From NCBI GenBank assembly GCA_030167865.1, contig JALAGF010003462.1, positions 1 through 38,258 on the forward strand: 38,258 nucleotides of DNA. Reading direction: 5' to 3'. A program made the translations under genes and the position numbers. The notes beneath the pieces were generated by a model, which was not told the DNA's origin, searched no databases, and was given only the letters and a program-made list of their open reading frames with translations. Origin of the DNA: Craspedostauros australis. Its lineage: Eukaryota. Shown one piece after another: positions 20,119-29,829 of the stretch (position 1 is the stretch's first letter; each line of letters begins with the position of its first letter).

Positions 20119-22350
20119 ATGAAAATCAGTAGCAGCCAAGGTAACGAGTTTGCCGATGCCAAGGCAGACGCTTTTGCGGACACAAACGCCAATACGGCCG
20201 CCAACCCACCTAGCTCTCTCTTCGGCGGTCAGCACGCGCGATGCCAACAGCCCGGAGTACAGCAGAACTTGAAGCACCTGCCCGGTTCACTTTGCTCACA
20301 AAGCATGAACGATCCATTCCATCAACTCGACAACGGTGCTTCGGGAGATGATACCAATCACGTCGACCTCGATCCATCCCAACGTCCAAACACACTTCAA
20401 CATCCGTCCGCCAACACAGCAACAGCAACAGCAGCATTCGGCAGCTCCTCATCCAACCAGTCCCCGACCTCCCCCGCCCGCGTTGTGAGCACAAGCAACG
20501 ATAGGGCCGGCGACAGAAGCTCTACCACGAGCGTCCAAGGCAACACCAACGACTTCTTCCAGCAGAGCTGGTCCACATTTCCCTACCGAATACACCAGCC
20601 TGCCTACCCATCCATGAAGCGTCGCGCGAAACAACCTAAACAAAAGCAGAATGCGCTTGGGTTTGATCCGGAAACCCTCTTCTCCCAGATCGCCGATCTT
20701 AACTCTTCTTCTCGAGATGAGCCACAGCCGCTGCCCCAATCTGACGAGAATCAGCAGCAGCAACAACAACAACAACAACAACAACAACCGCCAGAACAGG
20801 AGGATGATACAATCGCCTCCAGAGATGGACTGGAGGCGCGCAAACCAAGAGCGGCTGCATGGGACGACGCGTCTCAGTCGCAATCGCCGTCTCAGTCGCA
20901 GTCACTGGACCCGGAGCATCCGTTGGACACGTCGCAAAATTCTGCAACCAACACAAAAGCCAGCAGCCACAGCGGCGCCCATCGGCATGCTGAAAGCGCA
21001 CCTCCTGCATCCATCCAGGTCGGTATTGGTAGCCTTGGCGTGCCACCAAGTCCATCTTTCGCTTCTTACCATCGTTTCCGCCATCCACATCTTCCATTCC
21101 AACAACAGTACCCTCAGCAACCGCCTTTCATGCCTCCATATGCGGCTGCAAATCAACCATCTCATGCCCAATCCCCAGCAGCAGCAGCAGCAGCAAGCCC
21201 ACCATCGCAACAGCACGTCTCCCAATCGTCTCCAAACAAGCGCAAGCATCCAAGCCATCCACATTGGACACAATACAGCCAAGGTCCCCAGAGCAACCCA
21301 AGGTACCCTGCCAACGTCCATGGGCAGCACCACTTGCAGCAACAACCATACCGGTATCCACAACAAATGCCTGTAAACATGTACCCCACCATGTCGCAAC
21401 AACAACAGCAACAGCAACACCGAGCGAATGCCGTTGGATTCCCCTTTTCCACACAGCAGCAGCAGCAGCAGCATCAGCAACTCCACCACCGCCGTATCCA
21501 AAGGCCGTCTCACTCAGGCAGCTTCATGACTCAAGCCGTCGCAGGGATGCCTGGAGCACACAACGCTACCACAAATGCCGCTATTGGTATGTCCGCAGCT
21601 ACTCGCGCTGGCGCGAGTCCTGGCGTATCTGCCAACCCCCACGATCCATTCCACAATCTCCATGCCGTCCAACAGGCATCCACGTACACAGCTTCCCTCC
21701 TGCTCTCTTCGTCCAATCAATTAGGCTCCAACCGTCCAGGCCAAATGATGCCCAGCAGCAACGCACACGCCCACTCTTCATTCGCGCGAATGCCCTGCCA
21801 GATCAGTAGCATGAACGTCAAGACGAACACCAGCAACAGCAACGCAGACTGCGCAGCCGTCGGCGTCTCAGCGACTGCGGCAAAGCTCCCATACGCACCT
21901 CAGGATGACCTACAGCCACACGGTCAACTCCTATCCGGCCGACTGAATCGACCAGGGCACGAGGAGCCACTGCAGCTGCGACCAGCACTGCGACCTCCTC
22001 CGTGCTCCGCTCAGAACGACACCGATGGCAGCAGCGCCGAACTGAACACGGAGCAGAAGAAGGCGAGGCTGCAGAACCTGTTACAAAACGGCGGGTACGT
22101 CGAAACCAAACCCAAGAAGTACATCCAGCTGATAGGCGCCAAGACCGTGGAGATGGCCATGAAGATACCGGGTAAAACGAAGGTCGTATCGTGTCAGCAT
22201 TGTCGCAAGTACTACCACGTCCAACGCACCTCCAGCTCCCTCTACTGCCGGGCATGCCAGCAGCTCACGCCGTTGGAACCCCACCTGATCGCATTGTACC
22301 GCGAGACGGAGATGAAAAACAACAACAAGAAGCGGAAGAGCAAAAAATAG
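20119..22350 (+). CDS. Hypothetical Gln/Pro/His/Ser-rich protein with a C-terminal Cys4 zinc-ribbon motif
   Basis: 743-codon ORF with poly-Q tracts, C-terminal VVSCQHCRKYYHV...LYCRACQQLTP (CxxC-x14-CxxC) and a basic KKRKSKK terminus. The start codon is uncertain (alternative ATG at 20305). Confidence 0.78.
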   Translation: MKISSSQGNEFADAKADAFADTNANTAANPPSSLFGGQHARCQQPGVQQNLKHLPGSLCSQSMNDPFHQLDNGASGDDTNHVDLDPSQRPNTLQHPSANTATATAAFGSSSSNQSPTSPARVVSTSNDRAGDRSSTTSVQGNTNDFFQQSWSTFPYRIHQPAYPSMKRRAKQPKQKQNALGFDPETLFSQIADLNSSSRDEPQPLPQSDENQQQQQQQQQQQQPPEQEDDTIASRDGLEARKPRAAAWDDASQSQSPSQSQSLDPEHPLDTSQNSATNTKASSHSGAHRHAESAPPASIQVGIGSLGVPPSPSFASYHRFRHPHLPFQQQYPQQPPFMPPYAAANQPSHAQSPAAAAAASPPSQQHVSQSSPNKRKHPSHPHWTQYSQGPQSNPRYPANVHGQHHLQQQPYRYPQQMPVNMYPTMSQQQQQQQHRANAVGFPFSTQQQQQQHQQLHHRRIQRPSHSGSFMTQAVAGMPGAHNATTNAAIGMSAATRAGASPGVSANPHDPFHNLHAVQQASTYTASLLLSSSNQLGSNRPGQMMPSSNAHAHSSFARMPCQISSMNVKTNTSNSNADCAAVGVSATAAKLPYAPQDDLQPHGQLLSGRLNRPGHEEPLQLRPALRPPPCSAQNDTDGSSAELNTEQKKARLQNLLQNGGYVETKPKKYIQLIGAKTVEMAMKIPGKTKVVSCQHCRKYYHVQRTSSSLYCRACQQLTPLEPHLIALYRETEMKNNNKKRKSKK

Positions 22351-22548
22351 AGCGGCGAAATTTGAGTGTCCAGAACAATGTAACACAACAACAGTATACT
22401 ATTTTAGAGTAGTTATGATAATCTTTCATGGAGTAGGCGGCTGGGGCTCTTCATCTAACAGTGTGCTCTGCCCTAACATCTTCTGCACGATCATCCATCT
22501 CACCGCCCTTCTTGTCCGCAGTATGTTGTGCTACGGAGCCATATGCCA

Positions 22549-23847
22549 TCAATCAAATACGGCCATTCCAAGCTCTCCCCACCAATCTTCCGGACGGAAG
22601 AATCGATACCCGCGATCCAGCTTCGAGATCCTGCCAATCTCCGCATCGGTCAATCGGATGCTCGTGTCAGCATTCGCAACGCTCAAATTCTCGGCCTGTC
22701 GTTGCGCCGATGCGCTCTTCACAACGACAGACGTGCCGCGTTGGATGGCCCATGCGAGGCAGACCACAGCGGCGGAGGCATTGTGCGATGCTGCGATGGA
22801 TCGCAAGACTGGGTCATGCAGCACCATGGGCTCTTCGCTCTCCTTGAATCCAGGTGTCCCCAATGGCGAATACGCTTGGAAATGGACGCCTCGTTTTTGG
22901 CAGTACCTCAGCAGCTTGGTTTGCTGCAGGTACGGATGCGCCTCGACCTGATTGACGGCGGGCGGGATGATGCACCGCGTCATGAGCTCATGCAGCAAGG
23001 AGACGCTGAAGTTGGAGACGCCAATTTGCTTCACCAAACCTCTGTGCACCAGCTGCTCCATGGCATGCCACGTCTCATGGATTGAGACGGTGGCGTCGAT
23101 TTTGCGGCCGTCGTCGGAGTCGTCGATATCCTCGTTGGCATATCCGCGCTGTGTGAGATCGATGTCGACGTATTCAAATGCCGGTGGCCAATGGATGAGG
23201 AAAAGGTCCAGGTACTCGAGCCGCAAATCATTCAGAGTCTTGCGCAGCGCCAGTTCCACATGCTCCTTGCGATGGAATGGACTTGCCAATTTGGAAACGA
23301 CGTACAGATCCTCGCGGTCAATAGAATTCTCACTGTCTTTTTTCGTGTTCGAGTTTGTGTTTGCATGTGCGGTGGTGGATATGGACGTAGACATCGACGT
23401 CGCGTGCGGTGATGATGCTGACGATGTCAGTATCTGCTGGAAGGCATCGCCAATCTTGTCTTCGTTGAAGTAGACAGGTGCGCAATCAATCCTGCGGTAG
23501 CCGACGGAAATGGCAGATTGAATTGCCCCAACCGCCTGATCTGGCGGCAAGCCGTAAGTCCCAAGACCAACTGGGTAGTGTTGCAGCATGCTGTCGCTGT
23601 TACAGTTGCTGGCGGTCGCGGCACCACCTGCGATGTATTGGTTTGACTCCAAGGTGGTGCACGTCCCCTCCGCAGACCCGTCACTTGGTTCGTCGCCGTG
23701 ATGGCTGCCAGATGCTGCAGCACACCAACGCAAGGTCGAGCCGGGGATGTGACTTCTGGACGGCAATATGAGACACGTGCTCGCGACGAGTGCAGCTTTC
23801 GACCAGAGCCTCCTTCTGACCGGGATCAGCATCGATGGACGGAACAT
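22549..23847 (-). CDS. Aldo-keto reductase with N-terminal targeting-like extension
   Basis: PVGLGTY, GYRRIDCAPVYFNE (catalytic Asp/Tyr), VVSKL (Lys), LEYLDLFLIHWP (His), GLVKQIGVSNF, NQVEAHPYLQQ, AYSPLG, VVVKS...R..ENL. Arg/Ser-rich N-terminus lacking acidic residues suggests organellar import. Confidence 0.95.
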   Translation of the reverse strand: MFRPSMLIPVRRRLWSKAALVASTCLILPSRSHIPGSTLRWCAAASGSHHGDEPSDGSAEGTCTTLESNQYIAGGAATASNCNSDSMLQHYPVGLGTYGLPPDQAVGAIQSAISVGYRRIDCAPVYFNEDKIGDAFQQILTSSASSPHATSMSTSISTTAHANTNSNTKKDSENSIDREDLYVVSKLASPFHRKEHVELALRKTLNDLRLEYLDLFLIHWPPAFEYVDIDLTQRGYANEDIDDSDDGRKIDATVSIHETWHAMEQLVHRGLVKQIGVSNFSVSLLHELMTRCIIPPAVNQVEAHPYLQQTKLLRYCQKRGVHFQAYSPLGTPGFKESEEPMVLHDPVLRSIAASHNASAAVVCLAWAIQRGTSVVVKSASAQRQAENLSVANADTSIRLTDAEIGRISKLDRGYRFFRPEDWWGELGMAVFD

Positions 23848-24191
23848 GCAGTGTTGGTTCTACTCTTTGCGCGTGATGTGCGGTGATGGTATCTTGTGTG
23901 GGTTTGGGTGCGATGTTGTTTGTGTCAAGAGAGAGGAAGAGAGAGGAATGATGTGTCACAAAAGAATCAAAAGATACGTTTTTGGTTATTGAGGAGTTGC
24001 GGCAATTCAGAAAAAGAGGATAGTTTCGAGCAACGAGAACTGACACCCAACTTGTACCAAAACGCGCCTCTCACCTTGCTTGTAAATCGTACTCCGATTG
24101 CATCTCTAGCTCGTACGACTACACAAGCAGTCCACAGTCATCGCATTGCATCATATAGTAGGTCACACGCGCACGTGTACAACAGTACCGG

Positions 24192-25367
24192 CTATTCTAT
24201 CTTTTCCAATACCGCGGAATTCATGTAGTTTTGCCATATCGGGCTGCATTGTTTCGGCTGCGTGTTGAGGCCATTGCGCCAGTGATGGACGAGGACATCG
24301 ACGGAAGACAGCGGATTGCCCCAGTGGGTCTCGGACTTGGCCATGATCAGTATCTCCACCAAGAAGTTGCTCACCGAACTCGTGTTAAAGTGAATGGGGA
24401 AGGTATTGTCGAGCTCCGGGGCTTGGCGGTCGGTGAACAGGACGACCTTCAGATTGGAGGGATTGTCGATCATGGTGTAGTTCATGTTGCAGGCATCGAC
24501 TCTGTCGGCAACCGTGCACGTGGGCGTTGTCAGGCAAGAACTTTGCTCCTTGGAGATGGGAGCTGCGCACGTCGCCCACTTGATGCACTTGTCATCCAGA
24601 TTCCTCCTGTGCACCGAGATGAAATTGCGCCCATACTCCCAAGCATCGACGTATCTATCTGCTTCTTCCTGGAAGATCTTCTTGGGGAGCAGGGTTGCCA
24701 GGTACGGCGCGAAGTCGACATGCATGTAGAAAACGCCTCTGCCTCGGAATCTGCGGAAGCAAGACGTATGCGGATCATTGTAGAGGAATCCCTCTCTGTC
24801 ATCGAAGTGCTCACGGAACCAATCGGTCCACCCCTTATCCAATGCGATGGATCGCACATTCCGATTTTCGGCACGCACCGCCAACAGTCTGGCCAGAGTG
24901 AGCACTCGGTTGCTGTGCTGACCAGAAAAGCTGGAGAGACAGTAGGACTTCCATGGTTGCCTGGCGGATTTGCGTTGCTGAAGGCGCATCTTTGACGATA
25001 TCGGCCGGGGCCTTGGCTTCGACGTGTGATTTGACTGCGGCTGGATCGGCGGCGACGCTGCCTGCGTTTTCACGGCGGGATCCAACCGCACGGAGGCAGC
25101 GACGCTCGTGGAAGACCGTTGATCACTGTTTTCGACCACATGCCGAGCCTCATGCCGAGCCTCATGCCCAGCCTCGAGCTCTTCTATGATATGCGGCGCC
25201 AGAATCGACCCATTGTGACTATCTTGCGGTGACTTGCCGAAGAGACTCATGAGCCTCGCTTGGGAGATCAGTGAGAAGCAAACAAGCGCCGCGAATGCCA
25301 GCCATTGGGATAGTTGCTTGTGTTGGTGCTCGCGTCCATTCTGTCTATTGCTGGGATGCGTCTGCAT
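24192..25367 (-). CDS. Type II membrane glycosyltransferase-like protein (GT-B, GDP-fucose fucosyltransferase-like)
   Basis: Short N-terminus, TM segment WLAFAALVCFSLIS, stem, then GQHSNRVLTL, FISVHRR (HxR motif I), VVLFTD (motif II) and EILIMAKSETHWGNPLSSV (motif III-like), as in alpha-1,2 / alpha-1,6 / O-fucosyltransferases. Confidence 0.7.
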   Translation of the reverse strand: MQTHPSNRQNGREHQHKQLSQWLAFAALVCFSLISQARLMSLFGKSPQDSHNGSILAPHIIEELEAGHEARHEARHVVENSDQRSSTSVAASVRLDPAVKTQAASPPIQPQSNHTSKPRPRPISSKMRLQQRKSARQPWKSYCLSSFSGQHSNRVLTLARLLAVRAENRNVRSIALDKGWTDWFREHFDDREGFLYNDPHTSCFRRFRGRGVFYMHVDFAPYLATLLPKKIFQEEADRYVDAWEYGRNFISVHRRNLDDKCIKWATCAAPISKEQSSCLTTPTCTVADRVDACNMNYTMIDNPSNLKVVLFTDRQAPELDNTFPIHFNTSSVSNFLVEILIMAKSETHWGNPLSSVDVLVHHWRNGLNTQPKQCSPIWQNYMNSAVLEKIE

Positions 25368-25852
25368 CCTTTTCGACGATTGTGTATGTGTGGTCGGTCA
25401 ACGCGAGTTGTCTATTGTACTTCGTCCAAGTGATGGCGTTTGCGCTCGTGCGAGGTGTGGTATTGACTGTCGTTGGTGTTGTTTCTTTGTGTTGGTTTGG
25501 TGTTGCGTTTTGCGTTTTCTGTTGGGTTCTCAGCACGAGTGCGGAGATGTCATTTTTTATCGCCAAACGTCATTTCGTGACAACGAAGTGAAACAATTCT
25601 GAGACAGACAATTGCAGCGAAATATGCAATAGAAAATTATCAAAGAAGTACCTGTATCAATAAGTAGGTTAGCTTGCATGGTAAATTACAACAAGCAGAA
25701 ACATGACATCGCAGAATAGTGTAGTTTATCGGCGTCGACGTCTGTCAATACACACGACGTATCGTCATAACAGGATCTTGTGAGATGAGCGGCGACACTC
25801 ATACGTCGCATCAAACGAACAACGCACACAAACCAGAGCGGACAAGATGCTG

Positions 25853-25879
25853 ACATGCTGGCGCTTCATGGATTGATCC
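25853..25879 (+). repeat. 27-bp exact direct repeat, copy 1 (duplicate of the P450 stop-codon region at 28347-28373)
   Basis: acatgctggcgcttcatggattgatcc occurs at 25853-25879 and 28347-28373. Confidence 0.9.
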
Positions 25880-26407
25880 AAATAGAGCTAAACTAGTACC
25901 CATCTTAGTGAGAGAGACTACAAATCATCTGACTCATCAACAGTCCAATAGATTGAATACACACATCGCCGGCCCCCACATTTGGGGACAGATCCAGAAC
26001 ATTGAAGCAGATCTTTGGAACCTGTGTCAAGGAACCAGAAGGGTTCCGATAACCAAGCCACTGACACCCACCATCGCCAAAACGCTGACACATGGAAACA
26101 GTGCCCCAGCAACGCACATCATTGCCCCTTGTCTCTCCCAGAACTCAGCCAAGGGATCTTGACCCACGGTACTTGGGCTACATGACCCATACACACTGTC
26201 ACTCAGGACACCACAAGAGATCCTCCCTGCAGGGAAGAACCATAGCACTAATCTCATAATCCGCACGTTTCTTCACCCATCATCAGTATTCTCAATCGAC
26301 TACTTGTGATCCAGAAGACTCACATTCGGACCACTTGCCAATCAAGCCTCTGCCCACAGCTAACAACAGCCAACAAGACAACAGCCAATACGTTTGGGCT
26401 CTATTAG

Positions 26408-27942
26408 AAGAAGCATACAAACAATGAGATTGTGTCAATGCCATTGATGACAGACCCCAAGAAGGTCTGCGCTATGAAGATCTGTGCGGACTTCGGCTTT
26501 CATTGCCACGTTACCAACAGTGCAATATTGCTGGTACTCAATTTATCCAAGATGATTCTCAGAACCATTAAACATGGTGTTTGTGAAGAATCGGCAAGCG
26601 CATTTGCCGACTATGGTCTCATCATGACCATCACGGGAGACCAAGCCATGGGGCAGCGTTGTGCGGATATTGCATTCGCAATCCTAGCCAGAACCAATGG
26701 GATGTCAAAGAGAGGACTTGTTTCCATTCTCGTGAACGAATACGTCTCAACGTTCAGCGCCCCATTCCTGCAGCTGCTCCGACAATGCCAACAAGGTCAT
26801 CATGACTCCATGGAGGTTGGAGAGCTTGAGGTGGGACTCTTGTGCTTCCACTTCTGTCTTGGATTGACGTTGGTTATTTGCTTTGAGCTGGGGCAACTGA
26901 TTGAAGCAACACGTGTAATCCTTCAACTGCACATCACATACGAAGTCTTCTCCCACGTAGAAATGGCGAAGGAATTTCTGCTCACGCTGAAGTGGTTGAC
27001 CAGAGACGAGCCGGTCCCATGGCAACAACTTGAGGCTGAGGCCAAGCGAGGTATCAACGAGGACTCATTGGATCCAGCCCAAGCTGGACGAGACTTGGTT
27101 CACTTCTTCGGCCGGGTGTACCTTTCAATCCACCATCGGCAGTTTCGCGATCGCGGAACGCTTGTACGAGTGCTTCCACGTTTTCTCTTCAAAGTCTCCC
27201 TCGTATTTCAACTTGATGATGACAGCATACTTTTCAGGCTTGATCTCTGCAGGAAGATACAAGGAGACCGGAAGCCGTCGCTACCTAACAACCCTGCGCA
27301 AATCCATCAAAGCGCTACGCCATCTCGGTAAGACCAGGGGACGAAATTGGATCCACCAGGCATTTCTGCTCGAAGCAGAGGAGCTCTCCATCACCATCAA
27401 GAACAAGTGTCATGCCAACATACAGTACGCGTACAGCCTAGCGATAATCTCCGCCGCTCAATCCACGTGCATCAACGACACAGCTCTTTCATACGAACTC
27501 GCAGGAGAGCACTTCGCTCGACATGGCGCAGCAGACATGGTCGGCGATCACTTCGATAACGCAGTCGAGCACTACACAGCCTGGGGATTGCAAGATCAAG
27601 GTGGATGACATCAAGCAGCGTCGCGGGAAGTTCGTGACCACGATGTATGATGATGGTAGATCGAATTCCAAGTTGGCGGCCTGGAGCCAACGCAACCAGA
27701 CCATCGCAGAGCTGTTTGGCATTGTGTCACCAACGAGCCTCGCAGGGTTTGAGATCGCGTCACGGCCATATCCAAGCGGAGCGCATACCAGAAATAGCGC
27801 TCGAGACGGCACTCAAGGTCGTACACACACATCACCTTCGAAATCGAACAATGATAGGAAGGCGGAACACAGTGGCCGCGACAACGGCAGCGAAGACGGC
27901 GGTGGTGACAATGTATCAGTGTTGACAGACAACTCGGATTGA
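26408..27942 (+). pseudogene. 5'-truncated, doubly frameshifted fragment of the helical C-terminal region of an AAA-ATPase / multi-sensor kinase-type (MalT/STAND-like) protein
   Basis: Recognisable segments MPLMTDPKKVCAMKI, KMILRTIKHGVCEESASAFADYGL, HQAFLLEAE, AYSLAIISA...NDTALSYELAGEHF and AVEHYTAWG.KIKV, spread over three frames. Single extra bases near 27143-27145 and 27587-27589 connect the frames. In-frame TAG at 26405-26407 and no Walker A upstream. Confidence 0.7.
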
Positions 27943-28105
27943 TAATGATGAGTAAAATGACATCAACAAACCATCCTGTGATCCAACCATATGCAATGGC
28001 CAAGAGTCCCAGAAAGGCAAAATGTGGAAACGAGCATCATGGAGAGCGTTGGTGATGTTGGCAAAAGTGAGAATGGCTCCATGCGCGTGGACGAAGACAT
28101 ATGTA

Positions 28106-28158
28106 ACAACAACGACGACGACGATGATGATGATGATGATGACAACGACGACGACGAC
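28106..28158 (+). repeat. Compound (AAC)/(GAC)/(GAT)n trinucleotide microsatellite
   Basis: aacaacaacgacgacgacgatgatgatgatgatgatgacaacgacgacgacgac is seen directly. Confidence 0.75.
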
Positions 28159-28346
28159 AGCCTCAACTCCACCTACAATATTGACACAGCAAGATACCAC
28201 TGCCTGCACTACTGTTTTAGCAAAGCGAAATGAATACAGTCATTCAATGTAGAGTAATGCTAGTTTTACACTCTGACACACACCACTGTTCCACGGCTCG
28301 ATATTGGATCATACGTATAATACGTATCAGCGAGGATGCCGTACCA

Positions 28347-28373
28347 ACATGCTGGCGCTTCATGGATTGATCC
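28347..28373 (+). repeat. 27-bp exact direct repeat, copy 2, overlapping the last codons, stop and start of the 3' UTR of the P450
   Basis: Identical to 25853-25879. Confidence 0.9.
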
Positions 28374-29829
28374 TCTTGACACGGAGCTTTGTTCCGACGT
28401 ACTTCCACGTCATGAAGTACGAAAGCTCGCCTTCCTCCACAACCTCGAACTCGTACTTCGACAGCACCTTCGGCATCACGGAGTACAGCTCCGCCTTGGC
28501 CAAGGACTGACCGGCACATTTGCGGCTGCCATGAGCAAACGTCATCATGCTCTTTACCATTTCGGTTGTTGCGGTCTCCCAGCGCTTCGGGCTGAACTCA
28601 TCTGGGTTTTCGAACACGTTGCCGTTGCGATGGGGCAGCATGTGCGGGAGGAACACGTTGGAGCCGCTTGCCAGCTCCACCTTCGTGTTGTTGGTCTCAT
28701 CGAAGAGGACGAAGTCGCGGTTAAGCTTCCGGGCCGATCCCAACGCGGTGACCGGGGCCATGCGGTTGGACTCGGTGATGACGTGTCTCATGCTCTCCTT
28801 GGCCGCCTCGGCATCATCGCTGAGCAATGATGTCTGCAGGTGCTTCATCGTCTCGGGATTCTTGGCCAACAACGTCACCGTGCTGGCCATGGTGTAACCC
28901 GTGGTATCGAAGCCGCCGATGAGGAAGAGGATGACGTCGGAGATCTTCTCGAGCTCCGTGTGGTAGTGCGGGTTGCTGTCGATGAGCTTGATGGCGGTAT
29001 TGTTGGTGGACTTGTTGGGCTTGTTCTGGTAGGCTCGCAGGATCTTCCTGCCGAACTCGGTGACAGCGTCACCACATCGGCGGGCCTCGCGCACGGTGGG
29101 GATGAATGCTCCAAAGATCTTGCGCAGTGGGTTGAGGGATTGGGTGTAGGCGTACTCGCGGTACGCAGTGAGGGAGTCGGAAGAGAACTTGTAGTACTCT
29201 TCATCGGTGGGGCTGTACTCGAAGCTGGCCTCCATGACGGAGTGGAAGACAAGCTTGGGGAACTCTTGACCAGGATCGAAGGTCTTGTCGGTATCGGCGA
29301 GAGGCTCGAGGACCTCGTCGATGAACTTCTGCGCGTATTTGTTGCAGATGCTGTTCATGCGGCTGACCTCGCTGGATGCGAAGGCTGGCATGACGCCCTT
29401 GCGGAATGGCTTGCATCGTGGGTCCTCAGCAGTGCGCGTGAGGAGGGATGGACACCCAACTGCGCCGTCGAACGACTTGTACAGAGCCCTGGACTTGTCC
29501 GTGGTCTTGTCCAAGAAGATCTCGCGCTGCGCTTTGGCATCACCGACGATGTACAGGCCACCTGGCATGGGAATGTTTAGCTTGAAGATGGATGCGCCAG
29601 TGGCCTTTGCTGTGTTGAGCAAGAACCATGGCGAATCGACGCCGACCATGGATGCCATGGTCTCGAACATGCCGACCTTCGCGTTGGGTGGGGCATTCTT
29701 TGGTTGCGGCTTGTGGACGATGGTGTACAGCGCGAACGTGATCGCAACGACAATGATAGCCGCGATGATGGAAGTGTCGGCCATGTGAGGGATGGGAGAG
29801 ATGGACATGGAAGAGATGAGGTCGCTCAT
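28360..29829 (-). CDS. Cytochrome P450 (paralog A), intronless
   Basis: N-terminal TM anchor plus Pro-rich hinge, I-helix LIGGFDTTG, K-helix ESNR, FENPDEFSPKRW, heme motif FAHGSRKCAG. First ATG at 29829. Confidence 0.95.
   Translation of the reverse strand: MSDLISSMSISPIPHMADTSIIAAIIVVAITFALYTIVHKPQPKNAPPNAKVGMFETMASMVGVDSPWFLLNTAKATGASIFKLNIPMPGGLYIVGDAKAQREIFLDKTTDKSRALYKSFDGAVGCPSLLTRTAEDPRCKPFRKGVMPAFASSEVSRMNSICNKYAQKFIDEVLEPLADTDKTFDPGQEFPKLVFHSVMEASFEYSPTDEEYYKFSSDSLTAYREYAYTQSLNPLRKIFGAFIPTVREARRCGDAVTEFGRKILRAYQNKPNKSTNNTAIKLIDSNPHYHTELEKISDVILFLIGGFDTTGYTMASTVTLLAKNPETMKHLQTSLLSDDAEAAKESMRHVITESNRMAPVTALGSARKLNRDFVLFDETNNTKVELASGSNVFLPHMLPHRNGNVFENPDEFSPKRWETATTEMVKSMMTFAHGSRKCAGQSLAKAELYSVMPKVLSKYEFEVVEEGELSYFMTWKYVGTKLRVKRINP

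Noticed and set aside
27140-27595. Programmed ribosomal frameshifting joining the three frames
   Set aside because: No canonical slippery heptamer or evident stimulatory structure, and the gene is also 5'-truncated; decay or sequencing error is simpler.
27991-28233. 80-aa poly-Asp ORF downstream of the pseudogene
   Set aside because: Explained by a trinucleotide microsatellite; no independent evidence of coding.
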